A DNA stretch of 64,000 nt from Thermoleophilaceae bacterium (GTDB taxonomy: Bacteria > Actinomycetota > Thermoleophilia > Solirubrobacterales > Thermoleophilaceae). Positions 44,975 through 54,380 of the stretch are shown here, piece by piece. Location of the stretch: the NCBI GenBank assembly GCA_014534235.1, contig JACVRW010000004.1, positions 2,137 through 66,136 of the forward strand, read 5' to 3'. The translations under genes were made by a program, and so were the position numbers. The notes under the pieces are model-generated. The model saw only the letters and a list, made by a program, of their open reading frames with translations, was not told the origin of the DNA and searched no databases. Position 1 is the first letter of the stretch, and the number at the start of each line of letters is the position of its first letter.

Positions 44975-46138
44975 CTACGGGGGCCCGACCGCAATCATCG
45001 CTTTCCCACGGCGGGCCCGGCGGACGGCTGGTAGGAGCAGCGCCGGCAGCGCGAACCACGCCGTCGGCGGCAGGCGGCTCAGGACGAACACGACGGCCGG
45101 GGCCCCGCAGGTCGTACTGCCATCCCGGTCCACGACCTCCGGCGCGGCACCGCGTGGCCCCGGCTCGATGCGAAACCTGGCGAGCCAGTCCAGTCGGCGT
45201 ACGGTCGCGCGCAATCGTCGCTGGCGACCGGCGGTCGGGTCGATGCGGAGCACCCGATCCCGGGTCGATGGCACGGCCCAGATGACGAGCACGGCGATCG
45301 CGAGATACGAGAAGACCTGCACCGACGCCGACACCTCGATGGAAACGTGAAAGGCGACCGCGACCCACACGGCCGCGTAGCGAGTGCCGCGCGACCACAG
45401 TCCGATCGCGATGAAGAGCTCCGTCAGCACGATGATCTTGGCCGCTCCGGTGTGAAAAGTCCGGTCGGTGAGCACGGACACCGCCCAGTCCGGCAGCGGC
45501 GACGCCTCGAGCTCGCCCCTGGCCCGCACGATGCGCTGCCACGTGACGGTGCCGCCGAACCAATCGGGGTCGAGGAGCTTGCTCAGCCCGGACGCTCCAT
45601 AGATCGCGGCGCACTCGAACCGGAGGAGCCACAGCGGCCAAGCCGGCGCCGTGAGGTCGAGCTTCGCTCGCCCCCGGCGCCGGCGGATCCACGCGTCCAG
45701 CGACAGCTCCCGCCCGCAGGGCGCCACCGCCAGCAGCCCGAGGACGATGGCCAGGTAGGCGCGATTGTTGTGGAAGTGCGTGGTCGAGAGGAACAGGTTG
45801 TAGGCGACGATCCCGAACGCCGTGGCCGTCGCCAGGCGGGTTAGGAGGCCGAGCGAAATGGCGACGGCCGAGGCCGCCGCGAGCCAGAGCAGGCCGACGT
45901 ACACGGCCTCCGGCAGCTCCGGGTACCACGCGGCGTAGGGCTCGTAGAAGGCGTCGCTGTAGGTGCGCCCTTCCCGCGCGTCCGAGAGGAACGGCCGCAG
46001 ATGCAGGAGCACGGCCGGGCCGGCCAGCACCCTCAGGAGCGCGAGGGCGCGCATGCTGACCGCACGGCCGAGCAACTCGTCGAAGCTGTTGACCACGCTC
46101 CTCACGCGCGACGGCGTGCCGGCCGCGGCCGTGTTCAC
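44975..46138 (-). CDS. HTTM (vitamin K-dependent gamma-carboxylase-like) membrane domain fused to a DCC/DUF393-like C-terminal domain
   Basis: Last 387 aa of ORF 44975..46384, from GTG 46138 (GTGA overlap). Polytopic HTTM-like region (LRVLAGPAVLLHL.., FHNNRAYL, GLSKLLDPDWFGG), then ..RLDWLARFRIEP..VLSRLP... Confidence 0.75.
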   Translation of the reverse strand: MNTAAAGTPSRVRSVVNSFDELLGRAVSMRALALLRVLAGPAVLLHLRPFLSDAREGRTYSDAFYEPYAAWYPELPEAVYVGLLWLAAASAVAISLGLLTRLATATAFGIVAYNLFLSTTHFHNNRAYLAIVLGLLAVAPCGRELSLDAWIRRRRGRAKLDLTAPAWPLWLLRFECAAIYGASGLSKLLDPDWFGGTVTWQRIVRARGELEASPLPDWAVSVLTDRTFHTGAAKIIVLTELFIAIGLWSRGTRYAAVWVAVAFHVSIEVSASVQVFSYLAIAVLVIWAVPSTRDRVLRIDPTAGRQRRLRATVRRLDWLARFRIEPGPRGAAPEVVDRDGSTTCGAPAVVFVLSRLPPTAWFALPALLLPAVRRARRGKAMIAVGPP

Positions 46139-46581
46139 CGTGCGCCCTCCCGGAGATCGCTGCGGAGGACACTGACCCGAGGCGGGTCGGCGTTGTGCCA
46201 GGCCGTGACGCGGGCCTCCAGGTACCGGGTTTCCGTGTCGCGGGGCGTGTTGTCTGCGACCCAGTCGAGCGCTGCCTCGAGGAACGCCAGCTGGTTGGCG
46301 AGCCCGGCATCCGCGTGGTGGCGGATGGAGGGGTATCTGAGGCCTCGGTCCTGGACGAGCTCGCGCCAGCGGTAGCCCGACCACGGCTGCTCGATCGAGA
46401 CTCGCCGACCGCCCGCGGTGACGCGGACGACATCGGCGCGCCAGGTGCTCGACTCGGGGAACATCTGGAACCCGAACTCCTTGTGATCGGACCAGTAGGC
46501 TCGGGCCACGAACCCCAGCTGCAGGACCACCACGGCCACGACCACCACCCGCCGCGCGACGACCGTCACCCGCGACCTCAC
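46135..46581 (-). CDS. Hypothetical single-pass membrane protein coupled to the HTTM gene
   Basis: ORF 46135..46758, with a likely start at GTG 46581 (VRSRVTVVARRVVVVAVVVLQLGF..). One TM helix plus a ~120-aa soluble domain. Confidence 0.5.
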   Translation of the reverse strand: MRSRVTVVARRVVVVAVVVLQLGFVARAYWSDHKEFGFQMFPESSTWRADVVRVTAGGRRVSIEQPWSGYRWRELVQDRGLRYPSIRHHADAGLANQLAFLEAALDWVADNTPRDTETRYLEARVTAWHNADPPRVSVLRSDLREGAR

Positions 46582-46829
46582 GCGGCTACGATGACACGCC
46601 GCGGCGTCGCACCGCGATGGGCCGTCTCGCGTTACGCCTTCATTGGCGGCTGGGCCGCACGTCGGCGCGGGGAACGTCCGGGGTGGTGGCGGCGGCATGC
46701 TCACGCGGGCGTCGCCGCGGGATAAATTGGGGGTATCGACCCGAGCGCGCACGTACACGGGGCGACGATCCTCAGCCTCATCTCCGTCGCCCAGGCGGCC
46801 GAGGGGCGGGAGCGTCCGCCGGCCTTGTC

Positions 46830-47807
46830 ATGAGCAACGATCTGCAGGTGGTGGCGTTCGGGGGCGGCACCGGCCTACCGGTGCTCCTGAGGGGGCTGCG
46901 GGACACGGTCGGCGGCGGCATCACCGCGGTCGTCACCGTCACGGACGACGGCGGATCGAGCGGACGGCTCCGCCAGGAGCTGGGGGTCGCGCCCCCGGGC
47001 GACGTGAGGAACTGCCTGGTGGCGCTGGCGAGCCGCAGGAGGCTGGCGGAGGTGTTCGACTACCGCTTCGAGGCCGGGGCCGATCTGCGCGACCACGCGG
47101 TCGGGAACATCATCATCGCCGCGCTCACCGACATCTCGGGCGGCTTCTCTGAGGGCGTCCAGCAGGCGGCGCGGTTGCTCCGTATCACGGGCAAGGTGTA
47201 CCCGGCGGCCACGGAGAGCCTCACGCTGGTGGTGCGCCACGCGGACGGGACCGTCACGCGAGGCGAGTCCCGGCTGCGGGAGGTCGGCTCGGCGGTCGCC
47301 AGAGTCGCCGTCGAGCCGGAGGGCGCTGCGGCGCCAGCGGAAGTCATCCAAGCCATACACGGCGCGGACGTCGTCGTCCTCGCCCCGGGAAGCCTGTTCA
47401 CGAGCACGATCCCGGCGTTGCTCGGCGCCGGGGTCCCGGAGGCATTGGCGGGCTTCACGAGGCCGGTCGTGTATGCGGCGAACGTCATGACCCAGCCGGG
47501 CGAGACCTCGGGCTTCACGGTCGCCGACCACCTGCGGGCGATCACGGAGCATGTCGGGACCGTGGTGACTGACGTGCTCGTGCCCGCGGAGCGGCTGCCG
47601 GAGCGGGCGCTGTCGCGCTACCGCGCCGAGGGCGCCGCGCCCGTGGAGACCGACCGCGAGGAGATCGAGCGCCTCGGAATCCGCGTCTGGGAGACGCGCT
47701 TGATCCGGGAGATGCTGGACGCCGAGGTTCGGCACGATCCCGGCCGCCTCGCGCGCGCCGTTCGCAAGGTCGCGCGTCGCGCCCGTCGGGCCGCCGTCGA
47801 GGCGTAG
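46830..47807 (+). CDS. yvcK: YvcK/CofD-family protein (gluconeogenesis factor-like)
   Basis: Last 325 aa of ORF 46617..47807, from ATG 46830 (MSNDLQVVAFGGGTGLPVLLRGL.. VTVTDDGGSSGRLR.. PPGDVRNCLVALA). Confidence 0.85.
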   Translation: MSNDLQVVAFGGGTGLPVLLRGLRDTVGGGITAVVTVTDDGGSSGRLRQELGVAPPGDVRNCLVALASRRRLAEVFDYRFEAGADLRDHAVGNIIIAALTDISGGFSEGVQQAARLLRITGKVYPAATESLTLVVRHADGTVTRGESRLREVGSAVARVAVEPEGAAAPAEVIQAIHGADVVVLAPGSLFTSTIPALLGAGVPEALAGFTRPVVYAANVMTQPGETSGFTVADHLRAITEHVGTVVTDVLVPAERLPERALSRYRAEGAAPVETDREEIERLGIRVWETRLIREMLDAEVRHDPGRLARAVRKVARRARRAAVEA

Positions 47808-47823
47808 GACGGGCGTCCTCCCC

Positions 47824-48627
47824 TCAGCCGTCCTTCCTCGCCGGCTCCCTCTTCGTCAGGCGGCCCTCGGAAAGGCCGTCGACGTCCACGTCGTCCAGGC
47901 TCGTCACCACCAGGTCGGCATCCGCTCCCGCCAGAAGATCCTCGTCGTCCGCCCGCGCGATCCCGAGCGCGGCCATGTCGCCCGCCTTTGCCGCCTGGAT
48001 GCCCGACACGGCGTCCTCCACGACGAAGCAGCTCTCGGGCGGAACGCCGAGCTCCTTTGCCCCGGTCAGGAAGATCTCCGGGTGAGGCTTGCCGCGGGCG
48101 AAGTCACGACCCGAGATGTCGGCGTCGAAGAAGCCCAGCAGACTGAGCCCCTCCGTCACGAACCCGTAGTCGAGGCCCTCGTCCTCCGCGAAGGTGTCGA
48201 GCCGGATCTGCCTCAGGAATAGGCCGGCGTTCTTCGACGACGAGGCCGCCGCCGTGGGGATTCCGGCGTTCTTGACCGCCAGCACGAACCGCAGCGCGTC
48301 CGGGTAGGCCTCGAACTCGCCGGCCTCGATCAGCTCCACCACCATCCGCTGCTTGCGCTCCGCGTACTCCTCCGTCCGGCGCTCCGGGTCGGGAACCCCG
48401 AAGTAGTCGATGAGGGCCCGGGCGCCCTCCATGCGCGGCTTGCCGGACATGACCTCCTGGTAGACCTGGGGGGTGAACTTCTCGGGCGAGTAGGTCGTCT
48501 GGTCACGGATGTCGCTCCATTCCCCCTCCATCAGCTCCTGGAACGACCGCCGCCACGCCGGTTCGTGGGGTGAGTCGACGAGCACCCCGTCCACGTCGAA
48601 GATCGCCCCGCGGAAACCTGTCTCCAT
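47824..48627 (-). CDS. pgmB: Beta-phosphoglucomutase-family HAD hydrolase
   Basis: ORF 47824..48642. I prefer the ATG at 48627 (GGGAGGTG 5 nt upstream). HAD motif I AIFDVDGVLVDS, and C-terminal VVEDAVSGIQAAKAG. Confidence 0.8.
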   Translation of the reverse strand: METGFRGAIFDVDGVLVDSPHEPAWRRSFQELMEGEWSDIRDQTTYSPEKFTPQVYQEVMSGKPRMEGARALIDYFGVPDPERRTEEYAERKQRMVVELIEAGEFEAYPDALRFVLAVKNAGIPTAAASSSKNAGLFLRQIRLDTFAEDEGLDYGFVTEGLSLLGFFDADISGRDFARGKPHPEIFLTGAKELGVPPESCFVVEDAVSGIQAAKAGDMAALGIARADDEDLLAGADADLVVTSLDDVDVDGLSEGRLTKREPARKDG

Positions 48628-48648
48628 TGCTGCACCTCCCATGCTGGT

Positions 48649-51066
48649 CTAGTCGAGGCTGTACGTGGCCGTGTCGCCGGCGCACAGCTCGTGCACCTCG
48701 TCGCCCACGCCCACCCTGACCGGGCGGTTGACGCCGTCCGGCTGTGCCGTCACGGTGAGCTCTCCCCGGCTCAGTGCCACCTCGAGTGGAGCGCCGCGAA
48801 ACCGCATTGCGAGCGAGAGTCCGTCGAGCCGCTCGGTCTCCTTGGGGTCGAAGTAGAGGACCTCGTCGCGGATCTCGCTCCCCAGGTAGGCACGCTGGAT
48901 CAGGTCGAGCGTGCCCGACATCACCCCCATGTGGATGCCCTCCTTGGTGGTGCCGCCCTGGACGTCCTCGACGTCGCTCGTCAGCGCGGTCATGTAGCGA
49001 TCCCACGAGCCCTCCGGGTCCATGTCGGCCATGACGCCTGCGTGGGCGATGAAGCTCAGCGTCGACCCGTGCGAGGTGCGCGCGTCGTAGTACTCGATGG
49101 TCTTCCGTGCCATCTTGGGCGTGTACTCGTAGCCGAGACGCTCGAAGAGCCTGCGCAGCTCGTCCGCCGGGAAGAGGAAGAAGAGCAGCACGGCGTCCGC
49201 CTGCTTCGCCAGCTTGTAGCGGTCGGGGTCGTCGCCCTCGGCGCGCAGGATGCGGTCGAGCCGCTGGATGTTGCCGTAGCGCTCGCGGTAGGCGTCCCAG
49301 TCGAGCTCCTCGAGGTCCTCATAGCCCTCGAACTGGCTGATGACGCCGTCGCCATGGAACGGGACGAACATCTTGCGGCTCATGTCCTGCCAGCGGGCGA
49401 TCTCGTCGTCGCCTAGCCCGAGCCGCGCCCGCAATGCGGCGCGCCGCGTCTCGGACAGCAGCCGGAGGGCCTCCTGCGCGGTCTCGGCGATCCACGCCAC
49501 GAGGACGTTCGTGTAGGCGTTGTTGCGGAGCCCTCCGTCGGCCGCGCCGGGGTACTTCTCGTGGAACTCGTCCGGCCCCATGACGCCGTGGATCTCGTAG
49601 CGGTCCCGCTCCGGGTTGTAGTGGGCGATCGAGGACCAGAAGCGGGCGATCTCGAGCATCATCTCGGCGCCGTGGTCCTCCATGAACTCCACGTCGCCGG
49701 TCGCCTGGTAGTAGTGCCAGACGTTGTAGAAGATCGCCGCGCTCACGTGGCGCTGGTTGTGGCTGAGGTCGGGCTCCCAGCGCCCGGACAGCGGGTTCAG
49801 GTGGACGACCTGGGTCTCCTCCTTGCCGTCGCTTCCGCTCTGCCAGGGGTACATGGCCCCGCGGTAGCCGGCCTCCCGGGCGGCGGCGCGCGCCTCGCCG
49901 AGGCGGCGGTAGCGGTACATGAGGAGCGCTCGGGTGACCTCCGGAAGGCGGAAGTTGAGGAACGGGTAGATGTAGAGCTCGTCCCAGAAGACGTGGCCGC
50001 GGTACGCCTCGCCGTTCAACCCGCGCGCGGGCACCCCCGCGTCGTGGTCGACGGTGTGCCGCGAGCACACCTGCAGGATGTGCGAGATGTGGAAGCGGAG
50101 CAGCAGCTGCACCCGCTCCCGACCCGGCAGGCTCAGGTCGCAGGTCCGCCATAGCTCGTCCCACGCCATGGCGTGGCCCTGGAAGGCCTCGTCGAATGAG
50201 GGATAGCGCTGGACGCTCCTTCCGGCGCTTCCAAGCGGCTCGCTGATCGCCCGGTCGCGCGACGTGTAGAAGGCGACCATCTTCTCCACGCGCGTGTCGG
50301 TGCCCTCCCGGACGTCGAACAACAGCACCTGCTGGATGTAGTCCCCGGTCTGGTAGAGGTCGCGCTCCACCTCGACCTTCTCGCCGTTCTGGAAGACCCG
50401 GGTGCGAGCCGCCTCCGCGATGTAGATGTTCGACTGCCGGGTCATCGTCTTCAGCGCGATGACCTCCGGGCCGAACGTTCGCGGTGAGACGGGGTCGAGG
50501 TGGCGGCCCTCGAGCCGCCGGTAGCGGGCGACGCCCCGGTTCGTGACCCGCCCGTCGATCGCCGTCACGAGCTCGACGCGGCCGGACCAGTTCTCGGGTG
50601 TGAGCGTCCACTCGATGCCGGCCTGGTGCATGCGGGCCATGCTCACGAAGCGCCTGCTCCGGAGGGTGGTCTCCCGGCCGGCGCGATCCCGGAAGCGCAG
50701 TGTGCGCGAGACCATGGCGTTCCGGATGTCGAGCTCGTGGCGGTAGGAGACGAGCTCGATGTTGGCGAACGCGATCGGCTCCTCGCCTTCGATCCGCAGC
50801 TTGAGCACGAGCCAGTTCGGTAGGTTCACGAGGTCCTCGTTGAGGACCGGGCGGCCGCCCATGATCGTCGTCTCGCGGTTGTATCCGCCGTGGGCGTACG
50901 TGCCGGGGTAGTGGACATCGCCGGCGTCCTCCCACTCGGCGGCCCCGCGGGTGCAGAAGTAGCCGTTGCCGGTCGAGGTGAGCGCCTCCCGCAGCCCCTC
51001 CGCCGCAGGTTCGAAGCTGTCGTAGGCGAGCGTGAACTGTGGGGTGACAACGGTGGATTGCGCCAC
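48649..51066 (-). CDS. Glycoside hydrolase family 65 disaccharide phosphorylase (trehalose/kojibiose/maltose-type; specificity unknown)
   Basis: 805 aa. GH65 N-domain, then a catalytic (alpha/alpha)6 region with GLNGEAYRGHVFWDELYIYPF. Confidence 0.9.
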   Translation of the reverse strand: MAQSTVVTPQFTLAYDSFEPAAEGLREALTSTGNGYFCTRGAAEWEDAGDVHYPGTYAHGGYNRETTIMGGRPVLNEDLVNLPNWLVLKLRIEGEEPIAFANIELVSYRHELDIRNAMVSRTLRFRDRAGRETTLRSRRFVSMARMHQAGIEWTLTPENWSGRVELVTAIDGRVTNRGVARYRRLEGRHLDPVSPRTFGPEVIALKTMTRQSNIYIAEAARTRVFQNGEKVEVERDLYQTGDYIQQVLLFDVREGTDTRVEKMVAFYTSRDRAISEPLGSAGRSVQRYPSFDEAFQGHAMAWDELWRTCDLSLPGRERVQLLLRFHISHILQVCSRHTVDHDAGVPARGLNGEAYRGHVFWDELYIYPFLNFRLPEVTRALLMYRYRRLGEARAAAREAGYRGAMYPWQSGSDGKEETQVVHLNPLSGRWEPDLSHNQRHVSAAIFYNVWHYYQATGDVEFMEDHGAEMMLEIARFWSSIAHYNPERDRYEIHGVMGPDEFHEKYPGAADGGLRNNAYTNVLVAWIAETAQEALRLLSETRRAALRARLGLGDDEIARWQDMSRKMFVPFHGDGVISQFEGYEDLEELDWDAYRERYGNIQRLDRILRAEGDDPDRYKLAKQADAVLLFFLFPADELRRLFERLGYEYTPKMARKTIEYYDARTSHGSTLSFIAHAGVMADMDPEGSWDRYMTALTSDVEDVQGGTTKEGIHMGVMSGTLDLIQRAYLGSEIRDEVLYFDPKETERLDGLSLAMRFRGAPLEVALSRGELTVTAQPDGVNRPVRVGVGDEVHELCAGDTATYSLD

Positions 51067-51096
51067 GACGAACCTCCCTCTATCTGTAGGCGCCCG

Positions 51097-51918
51097 TCAA
51101 CGTGCGAGCCTGTCCAGGAATCGCTCCACCTCCTCGGTCGAGTCGAGCACAAAGTCGGCGGCGGTCGTCCGGCCGCCCACCTCCGGGTCGTCGGCGCGGC
51201 CGACGAACACGCCGATCCCCCTTCCGGCCAGCGCCTCGAAGGCGTGCTCGTCCGTGATGTCGTCGCCGACGTAGATCGGCACCACGTCGTCCCGGTCGCG
51301 CCCCAGCGCGTCCAAGAGGTAGAGAACCGCCTTGCCCTTGTCCCAGTCGAGCTTGGGTTGTAGCTCATAGACCATCTTCCCGGGCGTGACCTTCAGCTCG
51401 TCGGCGTGCTCCTCGAGCAGCCGCTCCACGACCGCCTCGACGCGGGGCCGCTCTTCCTCGCTCACGAGCCTGTAGTGGGCGGCGACCGATGCCTTCTTGG
51501 GCTCGACGAGCGCGCCGTCGATCTGATCGAGCTCCTCGTGAAGCCGCGCGGTCACGCGCTCGAGTAGCGCACCGGAGCCCGCGGCGGCGTCGTGCTGGAT
51601 CGCGCCTCCTTCAGGGCTCCAGATGTCGAACCCGTGGCTGCCGGCGACGACCAGATCGTCGACGCCCATGAGCTCCTGCACGACGGGGCGGTCGCGACCG
51701 CTGACGACGCAGACGGTGCAGCGCCGCGCCAGCCCGCGGACCGCGTCCCGCATGCTCTCCGAGATCACCGCATCCTCCGGCCGGTCCACGATCGGCGTTA
51801 GCGTGCCGTCGTAGTCGAGAAACACGGCCGGCCGGCGGCCACCGAGGCGCTCGGCGAGCTGATCGTGATCCGCCAGGGCGTGCGGCAACTCGGCGATGCT
51901 CGCGCCCCGCACCTGCAT
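51097..51918 (-). CDS. otsB: Trehalose-phosphatase
   Basis: 273 aa. AVFLDYDGTLTPIV, SGR, KGKAV and GDDITDE motifs of the T6PP HAD subfamily. Confidence 0.85.
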   Translation of the reverse strand: MQVRGASIAELPHALADHDQLAERLGGRRPAVFLDYDGTLTPIVDRPEDAVISESMRDAVRGLARRCTVCVVSGRDRPVVQELMGVDDLVVAGSHGFDIWSPEGGAIQHDAAAGSGALLERVTARLHEELDQIDGALVEPKKASVAAHYRLVSEEERPRVEAVVERLLEEHADELKVTPGKMVYELQPKLDWDKGKAVLYLLDALGRDRDDVVPIYVGDDITDEHAFEALAGRGIGVFVGRADDPEVGGRTTAADFVLDSTEEVERFLDRLAR

Positions 51919-52922
51919 CAGTCGCCCCAGCAGTTCCTCACGCCGAAGGCCTCGTCCTCGGACTCGACGCCTTCCACGGGGTCCGCGGTGATGAGCTCGA
52001 CGCCCGTGTCGAGGAAGCCGGATGGCGACGGGCCGCCGCGTACGGCCTCGGCGACCGCCTCCAGGCCCTCGCGCGCCATGTTCTCCGGGTACTGCTGCGA
52101 GGTGGCGTCGATCTCCCCCGTCCGGACGCCGTTCTTGATCGCGTCGCAGCTCCCGTCGATCGAGACGATGATCACGTCGTCCATGTCGCGGCCGGCCTCC
52201 TTCAGCGCGTCGATCGCCCCGAAGGCCGTCGGCTCGTTGATCGTGTAGACGATGTTGATACCCGGGTCCTCGTCCAGAAGCCGCGCCATGGTGGCCCTCG
52301 CGTTGTCCTCGTCGCCCTGGGCGTAGGCCGACCCGACGATCTCCGGATCGCCGTCGTCGATCCCGAAGCCGGTCAGGAACCCCTCGTGTCTGAGCTCGCC
52401 GACGGAGATGCCAGGCGCAAGGTCGAGCATCGCGATCCTGGGCTCGATGCCGTCCTCCTCGGCCTTTGCCTTCGCGTAGCGGCCGATGAGGTTGCCCGCC
52501 CGCCGGTTGTTCGTGGCGTAGAGCGCCTCGACGGCGGACCGGGGTTGCGTCGGCGTGTCCAGGGCGACCACTATCACTCCGGCTTCGCGGGCCGTCTCTA
52601 TCGCGGGCACGATGGCGCGCGACCTGGCGGGCACGATCATGATGCCCTCCGCGCCGTCCCGCGTCATCTCCGCGAGCGCCCTCACCTGGCTCGCGTTGTC
52701 GACGTCGCTCTTGCCCGCCGCCGTAAGCAGGTTCACGTCGTTCTCGTCGGCGACATCCTCAGCGACCTCCCTCATCGTCACGAAGAAGGGGTTCTCCTCC
52801 TGCTTGGTGATGAGGCCGAGGGTGATCTCGTCCTCGCCGCTGCCGCACGCGCCGGCGCCGACGGTGAGCACGGCAGCGGCGCCCAGCGCCACGAGCCGTG
52901 GGGACACGTGCGGGGTGGTCAT
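51918..52922 (-). CDS. Periplasmic-binding-protein type I (ribose/galactose-like) sugar-binding lipoprotein, with no cognate ABC genes nearby
   Basis: 334 aa. Lipobox VGAGAC, then ITLGLITKQEENPFFVTM.., typical of the PBP1 sugar-binding fold. TGATG overlaps on both sides. Confidence 0.85.
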   Translation of the reverse strand: MTTPHVSPRLVALGAAAVLTVGAGACGSGEDEITLGLITKQEENPFFVTMREVAEDVADENDVNLLTAAGKSDVDNASQVRALAEMTRDGAEGIMIVPARSRAIVPAIETAREAGVIVVALDTPTQPRSAVEALYATNNRRAGNLIGRYAKAKAEEDGIEPRIAMLDLAPGISVGELRHEGFLTGFGIDDGDPEIVGSAYAQGDEDNARATMARLLDEDPGINIVYTINEPTAFGAIDALKEAGRDMDDVIIVSIDGSCDAIKNGVRTGEIDATSQQYPENMAREGLEAVAEAVRGGPSPSGFLDTGVELITADPVEGVESEDEAFGVRNCWGD

Positions 52923-54250
52923 CAGTGCGCGCCCTCGGCCACGAGCTCCCCTCCGCCGCCCCGCCTCGTGCGGAGGTCGAACAGCGCGTAGCAGGCCACG
53001 AACGCCAGGCAGATACCCGGCACCGCGAAGGCCTTTGCTGCGTCGAGCTCATCCATGAGCAACCCCTGGACCAGCGGCATGAGCGCGCCGCCGAGGATGG
53101 CCATCACGAGCCCGGCGGCCCCGAACTTCGTGTCCTCACCCAGACCTTGCAGGGCGACCCCGTAGATCGTCGGAAACATCAGCGACAGCGACAACGAGAT
53201 GAGCACGACGGCGATCAGGCCCACCATGTCAAGCGAGAACATCGCCACGAGGCAGAAGCCGACCCCGAGGGACGCCATGATCAAGAGGAGGCGCGTGGGT
53301 CGGAAGATTCCGAGCAGCCAGGTCATCACGAACCGGGCGACGAGGAACAGGAGCAGGCTGGCCTGGAGGTACCATCCCGAGTCCTCCGCGGGCACGCCCA
53401 CGATGTCCTGCGCGTACAGGATCGTGAACGTCCACGCGCAGACCTGCGCCCCGACGTTGAAGAACTGGGCGGCCACCCCATAGCGGTAGTGGCGGTTGTG
53501 CCACAGCCGGCCGAGCGCGCCGCTTCGGCTTGCGCCCTCCTCCTCGTGCTTCGCCTCGGGCGGCGTCTCCATCTTCCGGAAGGCGATGAGGAGCCAGATC
53601 AGGATGAGCACGCAGGCGATACCGAGGTAGGGGCCGAGCACCAGCGCCAGGTCGTCCTCCTGGCTCTGGCGCAGCTCCGCCGGGCTCAGGATCGTCTTCT
53701 CCGCCTCGGAGGTGAGCTCAGGCAGGATGAGCACTGCGCCCAGCAGCACGCCGATGTTCGCACCGACCGGGTTGAACGCCTGGGCCAGGTTGAGCCGCTG
53801 GGTGGCGCTCTCCTCAGGCCCCATCGCGATCACGAAGGGATTGGCGGAGGTCTCCAGGATGGACATCCCGGCCGCCAGCACGAACAAGGCGGCCAGGAAG
53901 AACCCGTAGACCAGGGCCTCACTTGCGGGGAGGAACAGGAGCCCGCCGACGGCGGCCAACCCCAGCCCGGCCAGCACTCCGACCTTGTAGCCGAACCGCC
54001 GGTTGATGAACGCCGCGGGGATGGCGAGCGTGAAGTACGCGCCGTAGTACGCGAACTGGACCAATGCGGACTGGGCGTTCGACATGTCGAAGATGCTGCG
54101 GAAGACGCCGACAATCACGTCCGTGAGGTTGGCCGCCACGCCCCAGGCGGCGAAGCAGAGGATCAGCAAGATGAAGGGGACGGCGAGCTTCGGGTAGACC
54201 AGCCGGGCCTTCCGCGGTTCCGGTCGTACAGCCGGTGCTGCTGCCTCCAT
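52922..54250 (-). CDS. FucP/GluP-like sugar:H+ MFS symporter
   Basis: 442 aa, 12 TM helices. N-terminus LLILCFAAWGVAANLTDVIVGVFRSIFDMSNAQSALVQFAYYGAYF, characteristic of the FHS family. Confidence 0.85.
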   Translation of the reverse strand: MEAAAPAVRPEPRKARLVYPKLAVPFILLILCFAAWGVAANLTDVIVGVFRSIFDMSNAQSALVQFAYYGAYFTLAIPAAFINRRFGYKVGVLAGLGLAAVGGLLFLPASEALVYGFFLAALFVLAAGMSILETSANPFVIAMGPEESATQRLNLAQAFNPVGANIGVLLGAVLILPELTSEAEKTILSPAELRQSQEDDLALVLGPYLGIACVLILIWLLIAFRKMETPPEAKHEEEGASRSGALGRLWHNRHYRYGVAAQFFNVGAQVCAWTFTILYAQDIVGVPAEDSGWYLQASLLLFLVARFVMTWLLGIFRPTRLLLIMASLGVGFCLVAMFSLDMVGLIAVVLISLSLSLMFPTIYGVALQGLGEDTKFGAAGLVMAILGGALMPLVQGLLMDELDAAKAFAVPGICLAFVACYALFDLRTRRGGGGELVAEGAH

Positions 54251-54380
54251 CGGTACCTCTCCCTTCGCCGCGGTTGAGCGCCCAGGGTCCCCGAGACGAT
54301 CCGTCGCGGAAACGTACCGAAAAGCACAAGAGTCTGTCTGCCGTGCGGACCACTTCCGCTGCGGCCCAGGTGCGAGAGGC

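Noticed and set aside
44680-46758. tRNA-adjacent genomic island or integrated element
   Set aside because: No integrase, excisionase or transposase gene is present. I saw no direct repeat of the tRNA 3' end downstream. The composition looks like the rest of the window.
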